From assembly GCA_963664405.1 (NCBI GenBank), contig OY761158.1, positions 2,720,001-2,784,000 on the forward strand: a DNA stretch of 64,000 nt, read 5' to 3'. The notes under the pieces are model-generated. The model was not told the origin of the DNA and did not search any database. It saw nothing but the letters and a program-made list of their open reading frames with translations. This DNA is from Thermoanaerobaculia bacterium (GTDB lineage Bacteria; Acidobacteriota; Thermoanaerobaculia; Multivoradales; Multivoraceae). Every line of letters starts with the position of its first letter. Within the stretch, counting starts at the first letter, position 1. Positions 48,249-57,638 of this stretch are shown piece by piece. The position numbers and the translations under genes are program-made.

Positions 48249-49633
48249 TCCACTAATCGGGTCTCAGGATAGGCGGCAAACCAACCGAACCAGAAGGCGC
48301 GCTGCGCCGGTAGCCGGTGGCACACGCGACCGTCCTCAGCGAGGAGCCGGTCCTCGTCGAGCGTCCATGCATCTCCGGCGGCGTCAACCACTCTCCGATC
48401 CTGGTCCCACTCCGAGAAGCGCACACCGCCTGTGCTGTAGACGCGGTTTGCGCCCGAGGCGTCGGTGAGAACGACGATCTCCAGATCGCCGATCCGATCG
48501 TGGTGGACAGGCTCTTTCGCCAAGAGCTCGGCGGCGATCGCGAGTGGCTCAGCCTCATCGCCACCGAGTACGAGAGTAAGAACTTCGTCTTTGTTCTTGA
48601 GACGGCGATCGAGCTTGGGGACGTTGAACATCAGCCTGTCAGTCGAGAAGTACTCTCGGTAGGCCGCGCCCTCTGAGTAGTCTCGGTTGTGGCCGGTGTC
48701 TTTAGAAAGCACCAGCGTCTGAGGGTGACGGCGACGCCATTCAGCCCAGGTTGTGGTGACGATGGCGCGCCCTCTGAGCTGGATTCCCTTGCCGACCAGT
48801 GGGCCGATCACCGGCCGCCCCCAGAGAGTGCTCCACAGCGATTGAGTGGCCCGGTCGTACATGAGTTTGTTGGACCGATAGAGAAAGCCGCTGGTACCGA
48901 CCTCGTGCTCAACACCCTCGTAGGTCGTTTCGTAAAGGATGGCGGTGCCGCAGAGCGTGCAATAGACACCGGCGAGCGGGATGCCGCCGACTACGTCGGT
49001 GAACATTTCGTGCCATGCCAGAATGCGCTTGGGATAGGCGCGGATGTCGTCGTTGATCGCAATGCCGAAGACGACGTTGTCGTCGCCGAGATAGTCTGCC
49101 TCGGCGGCCGAAATCATCTTGGGCCTGCGCAGTGGTGGAATTCCGTCTTGAAGCACTCCGCCCCAGCGCACTTCGTCGAGGCGGATCGTAGCTGCGCGAT
49201 CGTTGGCGAAGTAGGCGGCAAAGCGTGGGTCGAGGTTGCGATAGAGCCGATGCATGAATTCGGCGTAGTCGGGATGGGGGCGATACGGCTGCGCCCACAG
49301 CCACTCGTACCAGGCGTCCATGTCGTTGCCGAAAGACCGCCGTGTTCCCTCCTCCAGGGCCGAGATCGTGAAACCTGCCACCTCCGGTTCTCTTGCGAAG
49401 TGAAAAACATCGATCAGCATCGGGGCGTATCCCGGTTGCCAGGTCTTGCGGATCTTCCTCATCACAGGAGCCCAATGGCCCGGCTCGTTGACGAGGAGTG
49501 AGAAGAACTCATCCGGTGTCGCAAGCTCAAGCTCGGCGGCGCCGGCGGTAAGCGCGGGGCAAGGGAAGAGCGAAGAGACAGCCGAGGCGGCGACGAGAAG
49601 GAGCGTAAACCGTGGACGGATAGGTGAGCTCAC
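48245..49633 (-). CDS. DUF3179 domain-containing protein (CxxC form), exported
   Basis: 'WGGVLQDGIPPL', 'RAYPKRILAWHE', 'YCTLCGT', 'SGFLYRSNKLMYDRATQSLW', 'FWFGWFAAYPET'. GTG at 49633. Confidence 0.9.
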   Translation of the reverse strand: MSSPIRPRFTLLLVAASAVSSLFPCPALTAGAAELELATPDEFFSLLVNEPGHWAPVMRKIRKTWQPGYAPMLIDVFHFAREPEVAGFTISALEEGTRRSFGNDMDAWYEWLWAQPYRPHPDYAEFMHRLYRNLDPRFAAYFANDRAATIRLDEVRWGGVLQDGIPPLRRPKMISAAEADYLGDDNVVFGIAINDDIRAYPKRILAWHEMFTDVVGGIPLAGVYCTLCGTAILYETTYEGVEHEVGTSGFLYRSNKLMYDRATQSLWSTLWGRPVIGPLVGKGIQLRGRAIVTTTWAEWRRRHPQTLVLSKDTGHNRDYSEGAAYREYFSTDRLMFNVPKLDRRLKNKDEVLTLVLGGDEAEPLAIAAELLAKEPVHHDRIGDLEIVVLTDASGANRVYSTGGVRFSEWDQDRRVVDAAGDAWTLDEDRLLAEDGRVCHRLPAQRAFWFGWFAAYPETRLVD

Positions 49634-49655
49634 GGAGTCGGATCGGCGCCCGCAA

Positions 49656-51008
49656 CTAGCCGGAACGCGCCGAAAGTACGGGTGGAAGGTGGCAGGCGGC
49701 CTCGCTCCAGCTCGAGCCGGCGTCGGCGGAGGCGAAGAGCTGCCCCGAAGTCGCGCCGAAGTAAAGGCCGAGGGGCTTGCCCCCATCGTGACAGAAGGCC
49801 TGGCGAAGGATGGTCAAGAAAGCGGGGGGAGAAGGCAAGCCGCTCGTGTGCGGCTGCCAGGTGTTGCCTCGGTCGCGGGTCTCGTAGACGCGCATCTTCG
49901 CCTCGGCGGTGATCCGATCTTCATCCGAGTTGAGTGGGATCACCCACGCGCGATCGGGGTCGCGCGGGTCGGCTACGAGCGGAAAGCCGAAGTCGGCCGG
50001 CAGCCCGCCTTCGCTGCCGATGTCGATCCAGGTCTCGCCGGCATCGTCGGAGCGATAGACGCCGCCGTGAAATTGCATATAGAAGGTGCTGGGCTGAGCC
50101 GGAGATCGATGGAGGTTGTGCACACACTGATCGGGGGCGTCGTCTCGAGCCCCTTCGGGGAGGTAGCGCGAGATCAAGCCCTTGCCGGCTCGATGCCAGC
50201 TTCTCCCGCCGTCCTCCGTATGCCAGACGCCGGCGGCGGAGATGCCCACCGACAGCCGAGAGGCGTCGCCGGGCCAGGTGCAGATCGAGTGCAGGGCGAG
50301 ACCACCCATCCCGCCTTCCCAGGATGGACGACTTGGGACGTTCCAGAGTGCCTCGTTGAGGGCCCAACTGTGACCGCCGTCGCGGCTCTCGAAGAGCGCG
50401 GCCGGCGCGACTCCTGCCAGCACCTGCCCTTCGGTCTCTCCAGGGACTACGGACCATATTCGCTCGAGCGCCTGTCCCGAATCCTCTGGAAATGCCGGGC
50501 CGTCACACTCCTGCCATTCGCCGTCAGGTGATGCGGCCCAGAACAGGTGGGGGCCGAACTGGCCGTGCACGACGCTGGCGAAGATGCGACCCGTGCGCAG
50601 ATCCCGCATCGCATAGGGCACTTCCTGGCCGCCGAAGGCGCGGTGGGTGATCTCGAGCTCGCCGCCGCGGGAGCCACGAAGAACGAAGAGACCCTTCTTG
50701 GTACCGACGAGAAGCTCGATGTCGGCACCCGCTGCGTGGTCGGGCTCGGATCCTCCTGAGATCGCGGGGATCACCCAGACCTCGTCCCCGTCTTCCACGG
50801 CGGTGTCTAGCTCCGCGCGATCCTGGTTGACGAACACATTGACGTGCCGGCGGATGCGCTCTTGTTCGTCGAGGATCCAGCCTTTCAATCGGGGGTGACG
50901 ACTCAACAGGTCTTGGAGTACCGCCGCGACCGAGGCTCCGTCGACCTCGACTCGGTCGTCTCCGTCGACGAGCTCGCGCAACGCCGCGGTCAAAACGACT
51001 TTCGCCAT
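49656..51008 (-). CDS. MoaD/ThiS ubiquitin-like domain fused to a BNR/Asp-box beta-propeller
   Basis: RBS GGAGG, ATG 51008. 'RRHVNVFVN...VWVIPAISGG' continues in frame into 'LLVGTKKGLF', with repeated S.DGG.SW Asp-boxes. Confidence 0.9.
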   Translation of the reverse strand: MAKVVLTAALRELVDGDDRVEVDGASVAAVLQDLLSRHPRLKGWILDEQERIRRHVNVFVNQDRAELDTAVEDGDEVWVIPAISGGSEPDHAAGADIELLVGTKKGLFVLRGSRGGELEITHRAFGGQEVPYAMRDLRTGRIFASVVHGQFGPHLFWAASPDGEWQECDGPAFPEDSGQALERIWSVVPGETEGQVLAGVAPAALFESRDGGHSWALNEALWNVPSRPSWEGGMGGLALHSICTWPGDASRLSVGISAAGVWHTEDGGRSWHRAGKGLISRYLPEGARDDAPDQCVHNLHRSPAQPSTFYMQFHGGVYRSDDAGETWIDIGSEGGLPADFGFPLVADPRDPDRAWVIPLNSDEDRITAEAKMRVYETRDRGNTWQPHTSGLPSPPAFLTILRQAFCHDGGKPLGLYFGATSGQLFASADAGSSWSEAACHLPPVLSARSG

Positions 51009-51033
51009 GCAGCCAACCTCCCTCAGGAAGAAA

Positions 51034-51582
51034 TCATGGTAGCAGGACGGCTTCGAGCTGGATTCCGAGACCATCGGCGATGCGGTTGGCGTAGGCGTAA
51101 TAGGCGACGACCTCGGCGATGTGGAGGACGTCTTGGTCGCTGAAGCCGTCGTGGAGCAAGGCCTCCACATCCTTGCGCTCCATCGCGCCGGGAGTACGGG
51201 TGAGCTTTTCGGCGTAGACGAGCACTTCGCGTTTCTTGGAGGAAAGGCGCGCACTGCGAAAGTCCGCCTCGATCTGCTGCAGCAGAAGGTCATCCCGGAG
51301 CAACCGGCGCAGACCGCGCCGATGGTGCGCGATTCAATAGTGGCAGGCGTTGGCGCGGCTGACTACCAGCGCGATCATCTCGCGGTCTACCTTGCGCAGC
51401 GAGCGAGTGCCGGTCATCACCGCCCGATAGAGCTCGTAGTGGGCGCTCAGGCCCGCGGGGTGCAGCGAGTGCACGCTCATAATCTGATCGAGCGCTCCCG
51501 TCGAGGGATCGGCGACGGCGTGGTAGAGCTCGAGAAGAGTGCCTTCGGCGTTGCTCGGGTCGATGGTCCGAATCCAGGGCAC
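51034..51582 (-). CDS. AhpD/CMD-like peroxidase-related selenoprotein (CxxU), 182 aa with Sec83
   Basis: ORFs 51334-51582 and 51034-51303 are one frame separated by a single TGA: REMIALVVSRANACHY-U-IAHH (AhpD CxxC position). SECIS-like hairpin follows. Confidence 0.88.
51305..51321 (-). promoter_or_regulatory. Putative bacterial SECIS element
   Basis: CGGCGC-GGTCT-GCGCCG at +13..+29 after the TGA; apical GGUCUGC resembles the E. coli fdhF SECIS tip. Confidence 0.75.
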
Positions 51583-51585
51583 GAT

Positions 51586-52515
51586 CTATTCGGCCCTGAC
51601 GTTGCCACGGGCTCGATCGCGCTCACGCTGCGCCCGCCGCCGCTCTCCCTTCGCTCGTAGCGCCTCGCGGTTGGAGTCGTCGACGCGCGAGTAGGAGTCG
51701 CGCCAGTCCGGATCTCCTGGCCAGACGAAGAGCGACTGCACGGTGGTGCGAGGTTGCCGCGCGGACTCGAGCAGCTCCAGCCCGAGCTCGACGATGGTGC
51801 GCTGCATCTCGGGCTGCCAGGGCAGGCCGGCGGAGTTACCCAACGGGAAGTCATTGAAGACGAACCGGGGCACGCCGCAGTGCTCGACGATGTCGCGGGC
51901 AGAGCCCAGGATCACGGTTGGCAGGCCGTTGGCCTCGAGGTGCCGAGCCGTCAAACTGACGGTCTGATGACAGACCGGTCAGAGTGGGACCAGGATTACC
52001 ACATCGGCACCGTCTTCGCGGCAGCGGTGCAAGATCTCGGGCGCGTCGTTCTCGACAGTCCGGCGGTGGCTGTACTCCGTTGGGACGCCGTGACAGCGAT
52101 CGGCGAGGCGGCCGATGCGGCCTTCCTCGGCGAGCTCTGTCAAGCGGTGCACCGGCAGAAAGGAGTCCAGGTCGTCGGTGTTTGTCACCTCCTTGTGCCA
52201 GCTCAGGTCGTCGGTGTAGAGCGAAGGGGGCTCGCCGGAAGAAAAGGAGTGAACTCGGCGTAGGGGTCTGGGATCACCCACCTTCCAACCCGGTGGAGAC
52301 GGCTCGTTGGCGGTCGTGATCAGAGACACCACCGACTCTGAAAGAGGTTTGTTGAGAGGGGTGAGGGGTACGTTCTGGTGATAGGCCCAGCGATAGGGAC
52401 GCTCGAAGCCCTGAGCTTCGTAATGTTCTCGGGTTCTGTCGATGTAGCGGACGAAAGTTGTGCGCGTCGTCGCCGGGGTCAGCTCGCGTGGCTTTTCCGA
52501 GAGTGCTTGGCTCAT
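51586..52515 (-). CDS. GrdB/PrdB-like selenoprotein B family protein (UxxC), 309 aa with Sec179
   Basis: ORFs 51979-52515 and 51586-51954 join through one in-frame TGA: ADVVILVPL-U-PVCHQTVSLTARHLEANGLPTV...VPRFVFNDFPLG. Confidence 0.9.
51948..51978 (-). promoter_or_regulatory. Putative bacterial SECIS element
   Basis: CCGTCA-GTT-TGACGG with loop G at +23. An alternative stem CGGTCTG-TCAT-CAGACCG lies immediately after the UGA. Confidence 0.7.
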
Positions 52516-52642
52516 GCTGCTTTCCTGCGTTCGGTCGCTCCGGCCATGTTAAACCGGCTCGGCCACTGTTGCCCAGCGGACGCGACCCTGGTTGGCGAGA
52601 GCCTGTGCTAGCGTCGCACTCTTGCCCTCAAGGAGAAGTGTG

Positions 52643-54280
52643 ATGTGGAAGACGATTCGCCTCTTGGCGCTGCTCTGTGTTTGCCTGGCTTGTAGCCCTT
52701 CAGAGGAGGCCGCTTTGGACCCTCAACCTGCCTCCCTTGGTCCGGTCCTCGAGACCGCCAATGGACAATTGGAGGGAGACTGGGTCGACGAGACGCAGGA
52801 CGTTTTGGTCTTCCTCGGCGTGCCCTTCGCGAAGCCCCCGGTCGGCGACCTTCGCTTTCGGCCCCCGCAGCCGCCGCAATCCTGGGAAGGCACTCGCTCG
52901 GCGAATCGCTTCAGTCTGCCGTGCTGGCAGCGAGTCTCACCCGAGACCTCGATCTATAGCCGTGGAGAGTTCGAGCGCAGCGAAGACTGTCTCTACCTGA
53001 ATCTGTGGACGCCTGCACGGAGCCGAGAGGAACGACTGCCGGTGATGGTGTGGTTCCACGGCGGCGGCCACCGGAGCGGTCACGCCAACTCACCGACGTT
53101 CGACGGCACCGCGCTGGCGCGAAAGGGCGTCGTGCTGGTTGCGGTCAATTATCGTCTGGGCGCCTTGGGCTTCATGGCCCATCCGGCCCTCACCGCGGAA
53201 TCGGCAAACCGCTCCTCGGGCAACTACGGCATCCTCGACAAGATCGCATCGCTCGAGTGGGTAAGGAACAATGCCAGCGCCTTCGGCGGCGACCTCGACA
53301 ACGTCACCATCTTCGGTCAGTCCGCCAGCTCGGCGAGTGTGTGTACGCTGATGGCGTCGCCGCTCGCACACGGGCTTTTCCACCGGGCGATCGGCCATTC
53401 AGGGAGCTGTATAGGGCCTCGGATGGAGCTTGCCGGCGAGGGCGGAGCCCACAGTCTCGGGCTCAACTTGGCGGCTGCGCTCGGAGTCGAGGGAGAGGGC
53501 GCCGAGGCGACTGCCGCGTTGCGGGAGCTCGAGCCTGAAGCGATTCTCGACGCTTCGCAGGGTGGCACTACTCGCAGCCCCGGCATCCAGATCGACGGCT
53601 GGGTGGTGCCCCGGCAGATGCGAGAGATCTTCGCTGCCGGCGAGCACAACCGAGTGCCAATGATCGCTGGCTGGATGGCGGATGAAGGCAAGGGGCTCTA
53701 TTCGACTCTGCAGGGACGGCCCCGGCCGCAGCTCGAAACCTGGATCGAGACTCGCTACGGTGCTCATGGCAACGCTCTCTTGGCCGAATACGGCCCCGAG
53801 ATCGAGGCGTCTACAAGAGCTGCAGAACAGGCGATCCTAGGCGATCAGATCTTCGGTTGGGGAACCCGCGCCTGGGTCCGCGAGGTCGAAGGGGCGGGCG
53901 ATCCCGCTTTCCTCTACTTCTTCAGCCAAGCGCCTCCGGTCTTCCTGCTCTACCTTCCCGATCGTCCGGCGCTCGAACTTGCCGAGGGCCCGCGCAGCTA
54001 CGGCGCCTATCACTCCGGCGACCTGCCCTACGCTTTCGCCAATCAGCACCTGGTCGGCTACGGCTGGAACGAGACGGATCGCGAGATCTCTCGCGTCATG
54101 TCGCAGTACTGGGTGAATTTCGCCCGCAGCGGCGACCCCAACGGTGAAGGGCTTCCGGCTTGGCCTCGCTACGACACAGAAGGCGACCAGGCGATCGAGC
54201 TCGGTGCCGAGATTGGTGCCGTCTCCGGTGCGATCAAGGAGAAGCTCGATATCTTCGACGCCATAGCCGGCTCAGGGTAG
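52643..54280 (+). CDS. Type-B carboxylesterase (para-nitrobenzyl esterase-like), lipoprotein
   Basis: Lipobox CLAC; GVPFA.PPVGDLRF, SEDCLYLN, HGGG, GQSAS, 'YHSGDLPYAF'. Confidence 0.92.
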   Translation: MWKTIRLLALLCVCLACSPSEEAALDPQPASLGPVLETANGQLEGDWVDETQDVLVFLGVPFAKPPVGDLRFRPPQPPQSWEGTRSANRFSLPCWQRVSPETSIYSRGEFERSEDCLYLNLWTPARSREERLPVMVWFHGGGHRSGHANSPTFDGTALARKGVVLVAVNYRLGALGFMAHPALTAESANRSSGNYGILDKIASLEWVRNNASAFGGDLDNVTIFGQSASSASVCTLMASPLAHGLFHRAIGHSGSCIGPRMELAGEGGAHSLGLNLAAALGVEGEGAEATAALRELEPEAILDASQGGTTRSPGIQIDGWVVPRQMREIFAAGEHNRVPMIAGWMADEGKGLYSTLQGRPRPQLETWIETRYGAHGNALLAEYGPEIEASTRAAEQAILGDQIFGWGTRAWVREVEGAGDPAFLYFFSQAPPVFLLYLPDRPALELAEGPRSYGAYHSGDLPYAFANQHLVGYGWNETDREISRVMSQYWVNFARSGDPNGEGLPAWPRYDTEGDQAIELGAEIGAVSGAIKEKLDIFDAIAGSG

Positions 54281-56227
54281 CGCCAACGCCACCAGCTCCG
54301 AGGGAAAAGAAGCGCCGCCGACCGAGACCGCGATGTACTGCTTGCCCTCGAACATATAGGTCATAGGCGCTGCGATGCCGTTGGCCGGAAGATCGATCTC
54401 CGCCACCAGCTCACCTGTCGCTTTGTCAAAGGCGCGTAGGCGTGGCTCGACCATCCAGGTGTCGATCTCGAGCGCGTGCTGATCTTCGCTGAAGCGAAGG
54501 TTGCCCCAAGGCCCCTCCTGTGAGACGAAGAGCAGCGATCGCGTCACCAGGGGAGCACCGCGGTTCGACCAACCTAGCGGCGGCAGATCCAGGTCTCTGA
54601 GTCTTGGGTGGTCACGAGGGCCGCTGCCGAGGGGCGACATCCAGACATGCTCGCCGGTGTTGAGATCGATCGCAGTGACCCGGCCATAGGGGGGCTTGAA
54701 GAGGGGCAGGCCATCCGGCCCCTCGACCATGGTGGGGCTTGCCGAATAACGGAAGTGCGAGCGGGCGGTGTCGTTGGGGAGCAGGCTGAAGGCGACGGGA
54801 CCGGTGTGGGAGGGTACGTAGAGGATGCCCGTTTCCGGGTCTACGCCTGCCCCGGTCCAACTCGCGCCGCCGGCCCAGCCGGGCAGGTAGATCGTGGGCC
54901 GCTCGGTGTCGAAGGGACTGAAGATCGGCCCGTAGTTGAAGTCGGCGAGAATCTTCTCAGCCTCGGCGCGGAGCTCGGGAGTGAAATCGATCAAGTCCTC
55001 TGGGCGAACCCCTTGGCGCTCGAAGGGCGGCGGCTTGGTGGGAAAGGGCTGGGTCGGCGACAGCTTCTCGCCGGGCACGGTCGAGGCGGGGACCTTGCGC
55101 TCCTCGATCGGCCAAACCGGCTCGCCGGTTGCGCGATCGAAAACATAGGTGAACCCCTGCTTACTGACCTGCGCGACCGCCTTGATCTTCTTGCCTCTGA
55201 CCGTGATGTCGACCAGGTTGGGGGCGCTGGGGAAGTCATAGTCCCAGATGCCGTGATGCACGCCCTGGAAGTGCCAGACTCTCTTGCCGGTGGTGACGTC
55301 GACTGCGACCAGACTCTCGGCAAAGAGGTTGTCGCCCGGCCGTTCTCCTCCGTAGTAGTCACTGGTGGGGGTTCCGAAGGGGAGATAGACGTAGCCGAGC
55401 TCCTCGTCGCAGCTCATCAGGCTCCACACATTGGTGTTGCCGGTGTGCTCCCAGGAGCCGTCTTCCCAAGTCTCGTTGCCGAATTCGCCCTGTTGAGGAA
55501 TCGAGTGGAAGGTCCACAGCTGCTTACCGGTGCGCACATCGAAGCCGCGCACATCGCCCGGCGGCGCGTTGCGTCGGATGGCGAGGTCGGCGATCGAAGC
55601 GCCGACCACCGCGACGTCACCGCAGATCGTCGGTGGTGAAGTGACAGAGTAGTAACGGCGTCGGATGGGACGGCGCAGACCTTCCGTGAGGTCGATCCGT
55701 CCGTCGTCTCCGAAAGAGGTGATCGGCGTCCCGGTCTTCATATCGAGGGCGATCAGGTGCGCATCGCCGGTGCCGAGGAGCAGGCGAGACTCTTGGCCGT
55801 CGGACCAATGGGACAGACCGCGATGGACGAAGCCGGTGTTATTGGGTCGGCCGGATTCGTGGCTCTTGGAGTCGTAATGCCACAGTGTCTTGCCGGTCCC
55901 CGGGTCGATTGCGACAGCGTGACTGTGAGAGGTGGTGGTGTACAGGACCCCGTCGATCACCAGTGGGGTCGCTTCGTACCAACCAGGTCGGTACTTTGGC
56001 TCCTTCTCCGCCATCGCGTTTTCGGGCGAGCTCCAGCGCCAGGCGATGCGAAGCTTGTTGACGTTCGATTTGTCGATCTGATCGAGCGGGGCGTACTTGG
56101 TGCTCCATGAGTCGCCGCTGTAGCTCGCCCACTCCGAAGACTCAGCGCTCTTTTCGGCGGCAAAGAGGGTCGCTTGCAGCAAGACAAATGTCCCGCAGAA
56201 GACCATGATGGCTCCGAGTCGACTCAT
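54272..56227 (-). CDS. PQQ-dependent dehydrogenase (quinoprotein glucose dehydrogenase-like)
   Basis: 'PLDQIDKSNVNKLRIAW', YEATPL, HHGIWDYD, KPPYG, PMTY..GKQYI. Confidence 0.92.
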   Translation of the reverse strand: MSRLGAIMVFCGTFVLLQATLFAAEKSAESSEWASYSGDSWSTKYAPLDQIDKSNVNKLRIAWRWSSPENAMAEKEPKYRPGWYEATPLVIDGVLYTTTSHSHAVAIDPGTGKTLWHYDSKSHESGRPNNTGFVHRGLSHWSDGQESRLLLGTGDAHLIALDMKTGTPITSFGDDGRIDLTEGLRRPIRRRYYSVTSPPTICGDVAVVGASIADLAIRRNAPPGDVRGFDVRTGKQLWTFHSIPQQGEFGNETWEDGSWEHTGNTNVWSLMSCDEELGYVYLPFGTPTSDYYGGERPGDNLFAESLVAVDVTTGKRVWHFQGVHHGIWDYDFPSAPNLVDITVRGKKIKAVAQVSKQGFTYVFDRATGEPVWPIEERKVPASTVPGEKLSPTQPFPTKPPPFERQGVRPEDLIDFTPELRAEAEKILADFNYGPIFSPFDTERPTIYLPGWAGGASWTGAGVDPETGILYVPSHTGPVAFSLLPNDTARSHFRYSASPTMVEGPDGLPLFKPPYGRVTAIDLNTGEHVWMSPLGSGPRDHPRLRDLDLPPLGWSNRGAPLVTRSLLFVSQEGPWGNLRFSEDQHALEIDTWMVEPRLRAFDKATGELVAEIDLPANGIAAPMTYMFEGKQYIAVSVGGASFPSELVALALP

Positions 56228-56277
56228 GAATCACCTCCCCTGTCTGTTGCGTGGCGGGGATGGTATCAGGGCCTCGA

Positions 56278-57138
56278 TCACCTTGGAGAAGGGCCCGGTT
56301 CCCGACTGCTCGGCGATCGGAGGGCTATCCCCACGCCTCCGAGGATGAGTACAGAGGAGATGAACAGGCGTAGGGTGATGTCCTCTGCCATGAAGATCAC
56401 TCCTCCAGCGGCTGCGATCATTGGGACCGACAACTGGACAGTGGAGGCTACCGTTACGCTGAGGCCTGCGAGGGCCGCATACCAGATGGAATAGCCGACG
56501 CCGGAGGCGAGAGCACCGGAGGCGATCGCAAGCAAGCCGCCGGTCGGGGTGATGTGGAAATCGGACAGGCTCGCCAGGCTGACGATCGCCACCATGGGGA
56601 CACTGCGAAGAAAATTGCCCGCGGTGTCGGCCAACGGGTGGTCCGAGTCGCGACCGCGCAGCGAGTAGAAACCCCACGCCACGCCCGCTACCGCCATCAA
56701 CACCGAGCCGATCGGCTCTGGCGCTCCGAGACCTGGCAGCACGAGATAGATCAGGCCCGCTGTCGCTCCGAGCAACCCTAGCCACTGCAGGGGATGGGGA
56801 CGCTCGCCCGCTCCCAATGCGGCGATGAGCATGGTCGCCTGCACCGCCCCGAAAAGGATCAATGCGCCGGTCCCCGTTGCAAGGGCCTTGTAGGCAAAGG
56901 AGAAGGGAACCGCGTAAAGCAGCAGGAATGCTGCCGAGGCCCAGCTGCCGCCGCGCGCTGGGTCCGTCGACTTCCTCAAGAGCTTGTGCAGAATCCAGAG
57001 GATGAGCGCGCCAGATACCAGTCGCAGGGTAGAGAAGCTTGCCGCGTCGATCCTCGACCCGGCGAGCGCCCCCCGGCACAAGATCGAATTGGCCGCGAAG
57101 GCCACCAGGGCAAGCGTCGTAAGGATTGAGGTACGCAA
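56278..57138 (-). CDS. DMT/EamA family transporter
   Basis: About 10 hydrophobic helices; 'AFAANSILCR', 'SGVGYSIWY'. Confidence 0.88.
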   Translation of the reverse strand: MRTSILTTLALVAFAANSILCRGALAGSRIDAASFSTLRLVSGALILWILHKLLRKSTDPARGGSWASAAFLLLYAVPFSFAYKALATGTGALILFGAVQATMLIAALGAGERPHPLQWLGLLGATAGLIYLVLPGLGAPEPIGSVLMAVAGVAWGFYSLRGRDSDHPLADTAGNFLRSVPMVAIVSLASLSDFHITPTGGLLAIASGALASGVGYSIWYAALAGLSVTVASTVQLSVPMIAAAGGVIFMAEDITLRLFISSVLILGGVGIALRSPSSREPGPSPR

Positions 57139-57141
57139 ACG

Positions 57142-57588
57142 CTACCGGCGCCGAATGGGCATGGTGTAGCAGACCGCGTCGCCATCGAGGACCAAAGTTC
57201 CGTCGCCGCGGGTCACACTCGTACGCAGCTTGGTAATCGGCTTGTCGTCGCGCACTTCTACAACTTCGACCCGTCCACAGATGGTGTCACCGGGTCGCAC
57301 CGGAGCCTTGAAGCTCCAGCCGACCTGTAGAAATACCGTGCCGGGCCCCGGCAGATCTTCGGCGACGACGGCGTTTAGAATCGCGCTGGTCACCCCCCCC
57401 TGAACGACGATCTCGCCGAAACGGGTGCTCTTGGCGACCTCTTCGTCGTAGTGCAAGGGATTTCGGTCGCCGCTGATCTCGGTAAAGAGTTGGATGTCGA
57501 TCGGCCCGATGATACGGGATCGCTCGGCGACTTGGGCCACCTGAGGCTTTCCCCCTGGCCACACCTCGTTTCTCTCGACTTTCTTCAT
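57142..57588 (-). CDS. MaoC/PhaJ family dehydratase
   Basis: 'SGDRNPLHYD', 'LPGPGTVF...FKAPVRPGD'. Confidence 0.9.
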   Translation of the reverse strand: MKKVERNEVWPGGKPQVAQVAERSRIIGPIDIQLFTEISGDRNPLHYDEEVAKSTRFGEIVVQGGVTSAILNAVVAEDLPGPGTVFLQVGWSFKAPVRPGDTICGRVEVVEVRDDKPITKLRTSVTRGDGTLVLDGDAVCYTMPIRRR

Positions 57589-57638
57589 GCGCTCTCTTCC
57601 GCCGTCTCTCAGGGCAGTCGGGCGTCTCAGTGTGGCCT

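Noticed and set aside
48245-49633. Third selenoprotein (DUF3179)
   Set aside because: The frame is open and the motif is CTLC with no in-frame TGA.
49446-50531. 361-aa plus-strand ORF and many similar overlapping ORFs
   Set aside because: Antisense shadows of real genes in high-GC DNA, with no recognisable motifs.
49656-51293. 545-aa ORF as called in the track
   Set aside because: The first 95 codons overlap the AhpD-like gene in another frame; the true start is ATG 51008 with an RBS.
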